Assembly (NCBI GenBank): GCA_002724395.1
Contig: PBOR01000022.1
Location: 16,292-76,175 of the forward strand
Length of the DNA stretch: 59,884 nt
Direction of reading: 5' to 3'
From: Rhodospirillaceae bacterium
GTDB lineage: Bacteria > Pseudomonadota > Alphaproteobacteria > UBA8366
Under the pieces are notes generated by a model, which saw only the letters and a list, made by a program, of their open reading frames with translations, ran no database searches and was not told the origin of the DNA. Below are positions 42,934-54,400 of the stretch, in pieces. The translations under genes and the position numbers were made by a program. The stretch's first letter is position 1. Each line of letters begins with the position of its first letter.

Positions 42934-45075
42934 TCAATGGCTTGTGCGCTCAACATCACGTACTGCCGACGTTGCTCGAAGCGCGGCTATAATATCCGAC
43001 ATGTGATTGGTATCAGATACCTCGATATCAATGAGTAATTCAAAAAAATCTGGAGAACGGTCGATAACTCGAAGATTGCTAATATTGCCGCCATCACGTC
43101 CAATAACTGTCGAAAGCGTGCCAAGCGCGCCGGGTTCGTTAGCCAGGACAATACGAATTCGCCCAATAAATCTTGCTAATTGTGAGCCATCGCCAAACCA
43201 TCCAACTTCCATCCATCGCTCTGGCATCTCCGCAAAAATCTCTAATGCTTCACAATCAAGCGTGTGGATGGAGATTCCTTTACCCGTAGTCAAGATACCA
43301 ATAATACGATCTCCCGGCAGAGGGTGACAGCACTTCGCAAAACCAACCTCCATACCCGGAGCAAACCCTGTTATTTCAACTGAAAACTCGCCCGCCCGCG
43401 CAATACTTTTCCCCTTGTCTAATAATAAAGTTCTATCAGTCTTAATGCCGGGAAATACAGTCTTCAACACATCATGACCGGCAATCTCTCCTTGTCCCAC
43501 GCGGGTAAACAGATCGTCCAGAGTATCCGATTTGAATTCAAGCAAAAGGTTTGAAATAGCAGAATCCGTATATTCGTATCCCTCTTGCATAAATACCTTC
43601 TCAACGATTTCGCGACCTAAGCGGCAATATTCATCGTTTCGTTGTAGACGGACAAACCGCCGGATGCGAGAACGTGCTTTGGCAGTAACCACAAAGCTCG
43701 CCCAACCTGGTGAAGGCACTTGTGAATTAGACGTTAATATTTCCACTTGGTCACCATTTCTGAGCTGGGTGCGAAGCGGCATCATTCGGCCATTTATCTT
43801 GGCGCCAACACAATGGTTTCCCACGTCGGTATGAACCGCGTAGGCAAAATCTATTGGCGTCGCCCCTTTCGGAAGAACCTGAACTTCTCCCTTAGGCGAA
43901 AAGCAAAATAGTTGATCAGGAAACATCTCCATTCTGGTGTGCTCGAGAAATTCTTCGGGCCCGCCAGCATTCTCCAAGATTTCCAACAATTCGCGCAACC
44001 ATCGATATTGGCGCCCCTCGGTTCTGCGGTCCAGCCTGACACCTTCTTTATATTGCCAATGCGCAGCTACGCCGAGCTCCGCTACATCGTGCATATCTGT
44101 AGTTCGAATTTGAATTTCAATACGCTGGTTTTCCGGCCCGATTACGTCAGTATGGAGCGACTGGTAGCCGTTTTGTTTGGGTAAAGAGATATAGTCCTTG
44201 AAACGTCCAGCAACGAGCGGATAATTGCTATGGACACACCACAAGACGCGATAACAATCTTCAACAGATTTAACAACAATCCGAAACGCCATCGTGTCAG
44301 ATAACTGCTCAAACCCTACAGATTTGCGCCGCATTTTTCGCCAAATTGAATGAGGCCGCTTTTCGCGCCCATGCACATCGGCGTCAATACGAATTAAGGA
44401 GAGATTGCGTCGTAAAGAATCAATAATACGTCCAATAACATCACCACTTTCCCTATGGAGAAAGTCCAAACGTTTGACGATAGATTCCCGAGCATCAAAA
44501 TTTAACTCACCAAATGCCAAATCCTCCAATTCATTTTGCCAATCGCGAATACCAATTCGTTGCGCTAAAGGCACATATATTTCCATTGTTTCCAGCGCAA
44601 TACGGTGACGTTTTTCTGGTGATTTAATAAAGCTCAGAGTCCTCATATTGTGCAGACGATCGGCGATTTTGACTATTAGCACCCGAATATCTTCAGACAT
44701 GGCAAGTACGAGCTTACGAAAGTTTTCCGCTTGTTTCGTGCTACCCGATTGCAATTCTAACTGACTGAGTTTGGTTACCCCATCCACCAAACGCGCTATC
44801 TCATCACCAAACCGACCTTGTATATCCGATAATGTTGCAACTGTATCTTCAACAGTGTCATGCAATAACCCCGTTATAATTGAGGCCGCATCGAGTCTTT
44901 TCTCGGACAAAATGCCCGCGACTTCGACTGGATGCGAGAAATAGGGGTCTCCAGAAGCACGCTTTTGAGTGCCATGCGCTTGCATCGAGAAAACGTACGC
45001 TTTGTTGAGAGCAACTTCATCCGCACTCGGGTCATAACTCCGAACGCGCTCCACCAACTCGTACTGCCGCATCAT
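42934..45075 (-). CDS. rel: Bifunctional (p)ppGpp synthetase/hydrolase
   Basis: HD hydrolase LHDTVED, DRLHNMRT, RFKDY, YQSLHT, EIQIRT, TGS (DFAYAVHT), CC and ACT domains. Confidence 0.97.
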   Translation of the reverse strand: MMRQYELVERVRSYDPSADEVALNKAYVFSMQAHGTQKRASGDPYFSHPVEVAGILSEKRLDAASIITGLLHDTVEDTVATLSDIQGRFGDEIARLVDGVTKLSQLELQSGSTKQAENFRKLVLAMSEDIRVLIVKIADRLHNMRTLSFIKSPEKRHRIALETMEIYVPLAQRIGIRDWQNELEDLAFGELNFDARESIVKRLDFLHRESGDVIGRIIDSLRRNLSLIRIDADVHGREKRPHSIWRKMRRKSVGFEQLSDTMAFRIVVKSVEDCYRVLWCVHSNYPLVAGRFKDYISLPKQNGYQSLHTDVIGPENQRIEIQIRTTDMHDVAELGVAAHWQYKEGVRLDRRTEGRQYRWLRELLEILENAGGPEEFLEHTRMEMFPDQLFCFSPKGEVQVLPKGATPIDFAYAVHTDVGNHCVGAKINGRMMPLRTQLRNGDQVEILTSNSQVPSPGWASFVVTAKARSRIRRFVRLQRNDEYCRLGREIVEKVFMQEGYEYTDSAISNLLLEFKSDTLDDLFTRVGQGEIAGHDVLKTVFPGIKTDRTLLLDKGKSIARAGEFSVEITGFAPGMEVGFAKCCHPLPGDRIIGILTTGKGISIHTLDCEALEIFAEMPERWMEVGWFGDGSQLARFIGRIRIVLANEPGALGTLSTVIGRDGGNISNLRVIDRSPDFFELLIDIEVSDTNHMSDIIAALRATSAVRDVERTSH

Positions 45076-45144
45076 GCTAAAATATTCCTGCGGTACGATG
45101 GCGCCCCACTAAAGCTACACCATCGCGAGTAAATCGACTTGCTA

Positions 45145-45501
45145 TTAAGTGGTGGGTTTACCACCCGTCGCGGAGCCACTGGTCATCCCAGGTTCTGAGT
45201 CCGCAGTATCATCCTCACCAAACAAAGCAGTTGCTATGAACTCCATTGAGTCATCTTCTTCAGGCTCGTCAATTTCCGCGACTTTCTGAAGTCCCTTCAC
45301 TAAAGAATCCCGCAGCTCATCCAACTCAATTGTCCCATCAGCAATTTCGCGCAACGCAACCACCGGGTTTTTATCGTTGTCGCGCTCTACGGTTAGTTCG
45401 CCACCAGCGGAAATACTCCGACTTCTTTGGCCTGCTAGCAGCACTAGCTCAAATCGGTTAGTTACGCGCTCAATACAATCCTCGACCGTGACACGGGCCA
45501 T
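45145..45501 (-). CDS. rpoZ: RNA polymerase omega subunit
   Basis: MARVTVEDC...NRFELVL...[14 protein letters not shown]. Confidence 0.97.
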   Translation of the reverse strand: MARVTVEDCIERVTNRFELVLLAGQRSRSISAGGELTVERDNDKNPVVALREIADGTIELDELRDSLVKGLQKVAEIDEPEEDDSMEFIATALFGEDDTADSEPGMTSGSATGGKPTT

Positions 45502-45542
45502 AGGAACCACTCCATTTATTTAAGTTATTCAAAACGTTGCCG

Positions 45543-45572
45543 ACTATAAGGCTGCACGAACCCGAAGCACAA
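45543..45572 (-). promoter_or_regulatory. Possible sigma70 promoter of the rpoZ-rel operon
   Basis: Minus strand TTGTGC-N18-TATAGT about 40 nt upstream of rpoZ. Confidence 0.4.
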
Positions 45573-45825
45573 GCATTTTCCTCATTGCCAATTAAAATTA
45601 AAATTATCGCGCCAAACCTGAAAAAAAAACCAAAAAACCTTGCAAGTGTTCAATTGCACGCTACTTCTACTCTCATACCCATAATACTACAACGTATCTG
45701 ATAATTAATTAATAAAAGATAGTAAATATAAGGCATACAATAATTTTTCTACTACATTGGAAAGGTATATTTCATTATTATAAACATAATGACAATTTTT
45801 ACTCTCTATTTATTTATAACCATTT

Positions 45826-46464
45826 ATGAGGAAACTTATATTGCTACATCATATACATAATGACGAAACATATTCTCTATTTATCGATGGGGCTAATTTA
45901 TATTCAGCAGCTCGGCTACTGGGATTTGACATTGATTATAAGAAATTGCTGCAGAGCCTGTCGGGCCATGGCCGCCTCGTGCGAACATATTATTATACTG
46001 CTATTATGGAAAACCAGGATTATTCTCCAATCCGTCCACTCGTTGATTGGCTAGATTATAACGGTTATACCGTCATCACCAAGCCGGCCAAGGAGTTCAT
46101 CGGCGATGAGGGTAAACGAAAAATCAAAGGAGATATGGACGTTGAAATTGCTGTTGATATGTTGGAATTATCCGAAAGATTGGACCACGTAGTTTTATTT
46201 TCCGGTGATGGAGATTTTCGCCATCTTGTCGAGGCGGTCCAGCGAAAAAATACTCGAGTGACCGTTGTTAGCACCGTTCAATCAAATCCACCAATGGCGG
46301 CAGATGAGATACGCAGGCAGGCGGATTTCTTTGTCGAACTTAACGACCTGGCCGACTGTATCGCCAAAAAACGTTTAGGTCAGCAGAATTTTGACAATAG
46401 CGCCGATGACTTTGAAAGTTTTGAAGATAACTTCAACGATGAAGCTGTGGTGGAAGTCGCTTAG
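45826..46464 (+). CDS. NYN domain (LabA/DUF88) protein
   Basis: FIDGANL, YSPIRPLVDWLDYNG, KGDMDVEIAVD, FSGDGDF, RRQAD. Confidence 0.92.
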   Translation: MRKLILLHHIHNDETYSLFIDGANLYSAARLLGFDIDYKKLLQSLSGHGRLVRTYYYTAIMENQDYSPIRPLVDWLDYNGYTVITKPAKEFIGDEGKRKIKGDMDVEIAVDMLELSERLDHVVLFSGDGDFRHLVEAVQRKNTRVTVVSTVQSNPPMAADEIRRQADFFVELNDLADCIAKKRLGQQNFDNSADDFESFEDNFNDEAVVEVA

Positions 46465-46491
46465 AGCTGCTTTAGCACGTGGTATCATACC

Positions 46492-47127
46492 ATGACAAAT
46501 ACAATTCCGGCCCAGGATTGTGCTCTATGCGAGCGGCTTGTTCAGTTTCGCAGAGACAACTGTGTCGCCCATCCTACCTTTCACAATGCACCTGTACCTA
46601 GTTTCGGGGCTCTCAACGCACGTCTTCTGATTGTCGGCTTGGCCCCCGGCATGAAGGGTGCCAACCAGACAGGGCGACCCTTTACCGGCGATTATGCTGG
46701 GGACCTACTCTACGCTACCTTATTGAGATTCGGTTTTGCGAAAGGTGAATACGGTTTAAATGCCAAAGACGGCCTAACATTGCAGGATACACGGATTACA
46801 AATGCTGTCCGCTGCGTGCCTCCAAAAAATAAACCGATCGGCGTAGAAGTCAAAAACTGCCGACCCTTTCTCACGGCTGAAATTAGCAATATGCCTAATT
46901 TAAAATTCATCCTTGGACTCGGTACCTTGGCCCATAACAGCGTGTTATCCGCGCTCGGATTGAAGCAATCTTCAGCAAAATTCAGCCATGGAGCCTTCCA
47001 CAACCTGGGGATGCCCTTCATCCTCGCCAACAGCTATCATTGTTCGCGCTACAATACGAATACAGGTCGACTAACCGAAGAGATGTTCAGCAACGTGTTT
47101 GCGGCCCTCAAAGAACGCCTGGGCTAA
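46492..47127 (+). CDS. Uracil-DNA glycosylase, Fe-S (family 5-like)
   Basis: C..C.RL, GLAPG..GAN.TGRPFTGD, NAVRCVPP.NKP, SYHCSRYNTNTG. Confidence 0.92.
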   Translation: MTNTIPAQDCALCERLVQFRRDNCVAHPTFHNAPVPSFGALNARLLIVGLAPGMKGANQTGRPFTGDYAGDLLYATLLRFGFAKGEYGLNAKDGLTLQDTRITNAVRCVPPKNKPIGVEVKNCRPFLTAEISNMPNLKFILGLGTLAHNSVLSALGLKQSSAKFSHGAFHNLGMPFILANSYHCSRYNTNTGRLTEEMFSNVFAALKERLG

Positions 47128-47129
47128 GG

Positions 47130-48134
47130 CTAGCGATCCTGCAACCGGCCTTCGACACGGCTCCAAATGTCTTCATTCACTAAATGCAGAGGCCGCTCAC
47201 CACGCAGCACCTGTAAAATTTGACTGCCTGCCGACAAAGAAAGTTCTTCACGCGCCTCAATGGTGAGCCCGCCGATATGAGGTGTCACAACAAGGTTATC
47301 ATGTGCAAGCAACGGGCTATCTATTGGCAACGGTTCGGATTCAAAAACATCTAACGCTACACCGGCAATCCATTTCTCCTCCAGAGCGTGGAGCAACGCT
47401 GCTTGATCAACAATGGGGCCTCGCGCGGTGTTGAGAAAATAGGCATCGGGCCGCATCTGGCGCAGTAGATTTTCATTCACCATTCCGCGGGTTTCTTCGG
47501 TCAATTCCGCGTGCACCGAAATGAAATCGCATTCGCCCAACATGTCATCTAGCCTATCCATCCAAACACCCCCGACCTTTTCGGCGGCAGCGGCGTCAAT
47601 GTATGGGTCATAAACCAGCGCACTCATGCCGAAACCAACCGTACATTTACGGACGACCTCAGACCCTATCTGGCCACAGCCAATAACACCGATGGTCCTT
47701 CCATCCAGATGAAACCGCGTGGAAAGATGACCTTTTCCAAACCCCGTCCCCGCGCGGATCGCCATATTAGAATGACCGATCTGTTTTGCGAATTCCAGCA
47801 TTAAACCGAGCGTATGTTCAGATACAGGAATACTACCAAGGCCTGGATTATTGACCACGGCAATTCCACACTCGGTTGCCGTTTCTATATCTATGGCGTC
47901 AGTACCACGCCCAGACGTGCTAATTACGAGCACATTCTTTCCGGCGCGAATCGCATCGCCCGTGAGTTTGCACGGATAGCGCACGAATACAGCAGACGCA
48001 TCTACAATAGCAGCCGTAATGGCCTCGTCCGTAGCGTCATGCAAAACATTGATGTCAGCCTCGCGGGCGAGCAATTCCTCGCCGGCGGGATGATACATGG
48101 ACTCCAAAATAAGGACGGATGGACGGTTTCTCAT
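47130..48134 (-). CDS. D-isomer-specific 2-hydroxyacid dehydrogenase (SerA-like, no ACT domain)
   Basis: GCGQIG...YDP Rossmann, NTARG, LDVFESEP, TPHIGG (Arg/Glu/His triad). Confidence 0.88.
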   Translation of the reverse strand: MRNRPSVLILESMYHPAGEELLAREADINVLHDATDEAITAAIVDASAVFVRYPCKLTGDAIRAGKNVLVISTSGRGTDAIDIETATECGIAVVNNPGLGSIPVSEHTLGLMLEFAKQIGHSNMAIRAGTGFGKGHLSTRFHLDGRTIGVIGCGQIGSEVVRKCTVGFGMSALVYDPYIDAAAAEKVGGVWMDRLDDMLGECDFISVHAELTEETRGMVNENLLRQMRPDAYFLNTARGPIVDQAALLHALEEKWIAGVALDVFESEPLPIDSPLLAHDNLVVTPHIGGLTIEAREELSLSAGSQILQVLRGERPLHLVNEDIWSRVEGRLQDR

Positions 48135-48820
48135 TTCTCAGATTGGGTCATATTATCGTAGGCTACTTTTTCATGGGCGGAGACCGGTTCGGCGCCATTT
48201 CGAATTTCATCGATAATTTGCTCTTCGGTCGCCTTACAGCCTTGGGCAATCTCGAGAACCTCTTCCAGATGCTCTGCAGGGATAACCAACACGCCATTAT
48301 CATCCGCCATAATAAAATCGCCGGGACGCACCTTATTGCCCCCCAATTCTACATCTATTCCGTGACCGGCAAAGTCACAGCGATTGCGGATCGATTGCTG
48401 GATGACTCCTTTTCCATAAACGGAAAAGCCGAGTTCCTTATATTCGTCGACGTCACGGGTCACCCCATCGATAACGCAACCAACCAGACCAAAATGCTGC
48501 GTGGTAAAACCAACGATACCGCCATAGGAATTCACATCCATCCGTCCACCATGATCAATGACCAACACATCTCCTTTATTAGCCGCCTTTACCGCTTCTA
48601 GAGAGCCCATCGCCGCAGAAGGCTCTTCCAATCCTTCACCCAACGCCACCAATTTCATAGTCGCAGCGGGTCCGACAATTTTTTTACACGCCGGCCAAAG
48701 GGGACCGATGCCATGGGGGGCCCCCTTAATACCCAACCGGTCTAAGCCGTCCGATACGTTCGGCGTCGAAAGTTTTGAATATTCCGCCACGAGTCTTTCT
48801 ACATCTAGACGTGCCGTCAT
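48131..48820 (-). CDS. RraA-like / HMG-CHA class II pyruvate aldolase family protein
   Basis: SDGLD, VGPA.T, GDVLVID, GG, G.VIDG..RD, V.PGD.I.AD.NGV; GGAGG RBS. Confidence 0.85.
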   Translation of the reverse strand: MTARLDVERLVAEYSKLSTPNVSDGLDRLGIKGAPHGIGPLWPACKKIVGPAATMKLVALGEGLEEPSAAMGSLEAVKAANKGDVLVIDHGGRMDVNSYGGIVGFTTQHFGLVGCVIDGVTRDVDEYKELGFSVYGKGVIQQSIRNRCDFAGHGIDVELGGNKVRPGDFIMADDNGVLVIPAEHLEEVLEIAQGCKATEEQIIDEIRNGAEPVSAHEKVAYDNMTQSEK

Positions 48821-48909
48821 TTACATCCTCCATAAGTAATTTTTTTAAGTCGGTTGAAAAAACATTTATCCGATACTGCGCCCCGACCGGTGCAAAGATA
48901 GGCAAAATG

Positions 48910-49983
48910 TTAAGGATGCACATCCTCTGTAAACCAATTTGTGGGTACTTCGTTACCAATTCCTAGCTCTTTGGCCTTTGCAACGGCAACGGCGCCACAG
49001 GCGGCGAACTGATAGCCGGTACCGGTATTGTTTAGAAAACAGGTAATTTCCGCATCATTCTCACGACCAACTACTTTCCCACTGATCAAATCAAATAAGG
49101 TCGGTAACTTATCGAATTGAATCGATGTTTTAACCTCACCATGGGTCCCCCGCACGTTCTCCAGTGACGGTGTTCCTGCCGCACTCAGGATCGGCTGCTT
49201 GTCTTCCAAATTATGAATGACTAACCTGTCGGCAGCCAACGCCGCATCGGGGTGAATTTCGGGCAATTTAATCGAAGTTAGGTGCAAGCCCGGCGTTAGC
49301 CATTCTTTGTAATAGATATAGTCCAACGAACTAGACGAGCACAGGGCAATATCCACCTCACTCATGGCTTCTTCGGCAGTGGCTACCGGGATCAATGTCG
49401 CTTCCACTTTCCCGGACCACTCGCCGCAGAACCCTACACAGTTCTCCTGGCTGGGACTAAATACTTTCACTGATTTGACATTGCGCACGGAGGTAACCGC
49501 CAGCAACTGAGCCCCGGCTTGCCAGCCAGATCCTATCATGCCGACTGTTTCTGCATTTTCACGCGCCATAAACTTAATGCCCAGACCGCTTGTCGCGCCG
49601 ACCCGCATCCGCTGCATAACTCCGTCTGGGAATATTGCCAGCGGCTCGCCATTATCCGTACTAAACAGCAACACCAAGCCAACCCATCGATTATCGGGTG
49701 CGGCAGGTACCTTCACACGCCGTGGCTGACCATTTATTTCCGGACATGTGATGATATCGGAATTAATACGGACCGCACTGGTGCGAAATTTCGGCGCTAT
49801 CCCATCAGCGGACTTAAGCCCGTAAACCGCATCTGAGTTTATCGTCGGTGCTAAGCTATCGGTACGCGCGCGCACCACACCACGCCCTTCTTCAAGCTCG
49901 CGATATGCATCTTCAAGCACGTCGATATACTCCGGCATCGTAAGCAACCGGTCGATATCATCATTGGAGAAAATTAACGTCAT
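48910..49983 (-). CDS. Ornithine cyclodeaminase/mu-crystallin family protein
   Basis: LLFS..NGEPLA, RMRVGATSG, IGSGWQA, L.G...GR....IT.F...G.G.QF.A. Confidence 0.85.
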   Translation of the reverse strand: MTLIFSNDDIDRLLTMPEYIDVLEDAYRELEEGRGVVRARTDSLAPTINSDAVYGLKSADGIAPKFRTSAVRINSDIITCPEINGQPRRVKVPAAPDNRWVGLVLLFSTDNGEPLAIFPDGVMQRMRVGATSGLGIKFMARENAETVGMIGSGWQAGAQLLAVTSVRNVKSVKVFSPSQENCVGFCGEWSGKVEATLIPVATAEEAMSEVDIALCSSSSLDYIYYKEWLTPGLHLTSIKLPEIHPDAALAADRLVIHNLEDKQPILSAAGTPSLENVRGTHGEVKTSIQFDKLPTLFDLISGKVVGRENDAEITCFLNNTGTGYQFAACGAVAVAKAKELGIGNEVPTNWFTEDVHP

Positions 49984-50031
49984 GGTGACCTCTTAATGAT
50001 CGGACGATCCGGCCCATCGACGCGGAATAGG

Positions 50032-51450
50032 TTAGCGCGGCAGTACAGTCTCGCCCATCAAAAATTCATCGACCGCGCGTGCACATTGTCGGCCTTCACG
50101 GATCGCCCAAACTACGAGCGATTGGCCGCGGCGCATGTCACCGGCCGCAAACAACTTAGGTATCGCAGTTTGATAATCATCCGTATTCGCTTTCACGTTT
50201 CCGCGTTCATCGCGTTCAACATTCAACTCATTAATCATACCTTCATGCACCGGATGCACGAAACCCATGGCAAGCAGAACTAAATCCGCTTTTAGCTCGA
50301 AATCACTGCCGGGAATTTCCTTCATATTCTCGTCGAGTCTGACAAGATGAAGCTTTTCCACTTGCCCGTTGCTACCATGAAACTCCTTAGTCGCAACGCT
50401 GAAATCTCGCTCGGCACCTTCGGCTTGGCTGGACGATGTGCGGTATTTCTGAGGCCAAAACGGCCAGGTTGTTCCCTTGTCAGGATGTTCCGGTGGCATT
50501 GGCATAATTTCCAACTGCGTCACTGAAATCGCCCCTTGCCGGAACGATGTCCCTATACAGTCCGATCCCGTATCGCCGCCGCCAATAACCACGACATCCT
50601 TACCGCCCGCCAGAATGGGTTTCACCGTTCCCAGTGGCTCGTCGCTATTCCGCCGGTTTTGTTGCGGTAGAAAATCCATCGCATACTCTATTCCATCTAA
50701 TTCACGACCCGGCACCGGAAGATCACGACCCTTTTCTGATCCGCCCGAAAAGACAACCGCATCAAATTCCTCTACCAATTCCTTAGCCGTAATGTCTTTA
50801 CCAACGAAAGTGTTAGTTCTTATCTCCACCCCTTCAGCAACCATCTGATCAGCGCGCCGATCAATGATGTGTTTTTCCATTTTAAAATCGGGAATGCCGT
50901 AACGAAGCAGCCCACCCACTTTGGCATTCTTTTCAATTAATAATGCATCATGACCGGCCCGAGCCAATTGCTGCGCACAGGCCATCCCAGCAGGACCCGC
51001 ACCAACAACCGCAATACGTTTGCCGGTTTTTTGTTCAGAAATTTGTGGCTTGATCCAACCTTTCTGCCAACCTGTATCAACAATCGTACATTCAATCGTT
51101 TTAATCGTCACCGGATTATCATCGATATTTAGCGTACAGGCTTCTTCGCATGGAGCGGGGCAAATTCTGCCGGTGAATTCCGGGAAATTATTTGTAGAGT
51201 GAAGCACCTCCAGCGCCTCACGCCATTTACCCTTGTAAGCCAAGTCATTCCAGTCGGGGATGATATTATTGACTGGGCACCCATTGTGACAATATGGAAT
51301 ACCGCAGTCCATGCAGCGCGCACCCTGTTGAGAAACTTCCCGGTGATCCATAGGCACGAGAAACTCGTTGTAATGCCGTACCCGATCTCCAGCCGGCTGA
51401 TACTTCCGATCATGGCGGTCAATTTCTAAAAACCCAGTAACTTTACCCAT
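50032..51450 (-). CDS. gltD: Glutamate synthase small subunit
   Basis: [56 protein letters not shown]. Confidence 0.97.
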   Translation of the reverse strand: MGKVTGFLEIDRHDRKYQPAGDRVRHYNEFLVPMDHREVSQQGARCMDCGIPYCHNGCPVNNIIPDWNDLAYKGKWREALEVLHSTNNFPEFTGRICPAPCEEACTLNIDDNPVTIKTIECTIVDTGWQKGWIKPQISEQKTGKRIAVVGAGPAGMACAQQLARAGHDALLIEKNAKVGGLLRYGIPDFKMEKHIIDRRADQMVAEGVEIRTNTFVGKDITAKELVEEFDAVVFSGGSEKGRDLPVPGRELDGIEYAMDFLPQQNRRNSDEPLGTVKPILAGGKDVVVIGGGDTGSDCIGTSFRQGAISVTQLEIMPMPPEHPDKGTTWPFWPQKYRTSSSQAEGAERDFSVATKEFHGSNGQVEKLHLVRLDENMKEIPGSDFELKADLVLLAMGFVHPVHEGMINELNVERDERGNVKANTDDYQTAIPKLFAAGDMRRGQSLVVWAIREGRQCARAVDEFLMGETVLPR

Positions 51451-51453
51451 TGA

Positions 51454-54400
51454 TCACACACCTTCCGCCGCTAAATCCATGTCGGGTTCATCGCCCTGCG
51501 CCTTTTGCATTTCTTCCAGCGCACGCCGGTAATCAACGGGCATCACTTTGACAAACTTCGGCAAATACTCCTCCCAATTATCAAGAATGTGCCATGCCCG
51601 TTCAGATCCAGTGTAATGAAGATGGCGTCCGACCAAATAATGAATTCGCTTTGCGTCATTGCGGCTCATATCATGCATGACATCGACACGGCCATGGGTC
51701 TCTAAATCTCCACCCTGGTGCGCTAGCTTCTCTAACAAGGCCGCTTCTTCTGGCACCGGTTCCAAGTCAACCATCGCCATATTGCATCGCAGATCGAAAT
51801 CACCTTCTTCATCAAGTACATAAGCAATGCCACCGCTCATACCAGCTGCAAAGTTGCGTCCCGTCGACCCGATGACGACGACTACTCCGCCGGTCATATA
51901 TTCGCAGCCGTGATCGCCTACACCTTCTACCACAGCAATCGCCCCAGAGTTGCGAACAGCGAATCGCTCTCCTGCAACACCACGGAAGAAACACTCTCCT
52001 TCGATCGCGCCATAGAGGACTGTATTCCCCACGATAATGCTTTCTTCAGCTATAATTTTGCTGTTTTTCGGCGGGGAAACGATTAGCCGCCCGCCGCTTA
52101 ACCCCTTGCCCACATAGTCATTAGCTTCTCCCGCTAACTCCATGGAAACACCGCGATTAAGAAATGCGCCAAAGCTTTGCCCAGCAGTTCCATTCAGTTT
52201 TATTTTTATGGAACCATCTGGTAATCCCTTATGGCCATACCGTTTCGCCACTTCACCAGAAAGCATAGCCCCCGTAGTCCTATCGGTGTTTTTAATTTTC
52301 CCTTTAATCTCTACGGGCGTGCCCTTTGACAACGCCGCACCAGCCTCATTCATTAGCCACCGATCTAGAACACTATCCAGCTCATGATCTTGCCGGTCAC
52401 AATTATGAATCGGCGTGCCTCCCGCATCAGGCTTATGAAGTAATTTAGAGAAATCTAGCCCCTTAGCTTTGAAGTGCTCGACGGCGGCCCGTTGATCCAG
52501 ACAATCCAAGCGGCCAATCATCTCATCAAGTTTTCGAAAACCAAGCTCCGCCATAATTTTTCGTACTTCTTCAGCGACGAAGAAAAAATAATTAATTACG
52601 TGCTCGGGCTTGCCGGTAAACCGCTTCCGCAATTCCGGGTCTTGCGTGGCAATGCCCACAGGACACGTATTCAGGTGGCATTTCCGCATCATTATGCAGC
52701 CAGATGCGATCAACGGCGCCGTCGCAAAGCCAAATTCGTCAGCACCCAACATTGCCCCAACCACTACATCGCGACCGGTACGAAGACCGCCATCAACTTG
52801 AACAGCAATGCGGGTTCGCAAATTGTTAAGAACCAATGTTTGATGTGTCTCAGCGAGACCAATCTCCCAAGGAGAACCGGCATGAGCAATAGAGGTTAAC
52901 GGACTTGCTCCAGTACCACCTTCAAAACCGGAGATGGTGACATGATCCGCTTTTGCTTTGGAAACACCTGCTGCTACTGTCCCAACTCCTATTTCCGACA
53001 CCAGCTTGACGCTGACATCGCCATCCGGATTGGTGTTTTTGAGGTCGTAGATAAGCTGGGCCAAATCTTCGATAGAATAGATATCGTGATGCGGCGGAGG
53101 TGAAATCAACCCCACACCAGGGGTCGAGTGACGCACCTTGGCGATAACCGCATCAACTTTGTGCCCAGGCAACTGCCCCCCCTCACCAGGCTTTGCCCCC
53201 TGTGCCATTTTAATTTGCATCATATCGGAGTTAACGAGATACTCAGTAGTCACGCCAAAGCGACCAGATGCAACTTGCTTAATTGCGGACCGCTTCGAGT
53301 CACCATTAGGCATAGGTACAAATCGGTCTGGCTCCTCGCCGCCTTCACCAGTGTTAGATTTACCACCTATACGGTTCATCGCGACGGCCAAATTGGAATG
53401 TGCTTCGCGAGAAATAGAACCATACGACATAGCGCCGGTTGAAAATCGTTTTACGATCTCACTTGCAGGCTCAACCTCATCCAAAGGTATCGATGCTCTA
53501 ACGGGGATAAACTCTAATAATCCCCGGATAGTCATCAGACGTTTGCTTTGATCGTTGATGTTCGCCGCAAAGGATTCGTAATCCTTTACTTCGTTCGCGC
53601 GAACCGCATGTTGCAAATGGCTAACACTTTCAGGCGTCCAAAAATGATCTTCGCCTCGGATACGATAGGCGTAGTCACCACCGACATCCAAAAAATCTCG
53701 GAAAATTTGAACATTTCCGTAGGCAATTCTATGGCGCTGCACAGTTTCCTCAGCGACTTGCTGCAGCCCGACACCTTCTATCGCTGTATGCGTACCGAAG
53801 AAAAACTCATCGACAAAATCACTCGCCAACCCTACCGCGTCAAAAATCTGCGCTCCACAATACGACTGATAGGTAGAAATGCCCATTTTGGACATGACTT
53901 TCAACATACCTTTGCCGACGGCCTTGATATAGCGGGTTTTAACTTCTTTCTCACTTAGTTCTTCCGCCAAACCCGATCGCATATTTAACACTGTCTCGAA
54001 CGCCAAGTAAGGAACGATAGCTTCCGCTCCATATCCTGCAAGAAGACAGAAATGATGGACCTCCCGAGCTTCTCCGGTTTCTACCACCAGACCTACCCCG
54101 GTACGTAAACCTTGCCGGACTAAATGATGATGAACAGCGCCGGTTGCCAGTAGGGCTGGAATAGCCACCCGCTCCGGTCCAATTGAACGATCGCTCAAAA
54201 TGATAATATTGAAGCTGTCTGAACAGGCCTTTTCAGCCTGCTCGCGTAATAAATTTAGTGCAGGGCGCATACCTTCCGGACCAGCCATAACGTCGTACGT
54301 TATATCCAAAGTGATAGAACGAAACGCACCATCGGTGATGTTGCCGATTCTGCGAATCTTTTCCATCGCCCCATCTGTTTGGATAGGTTGACGTACCTCA

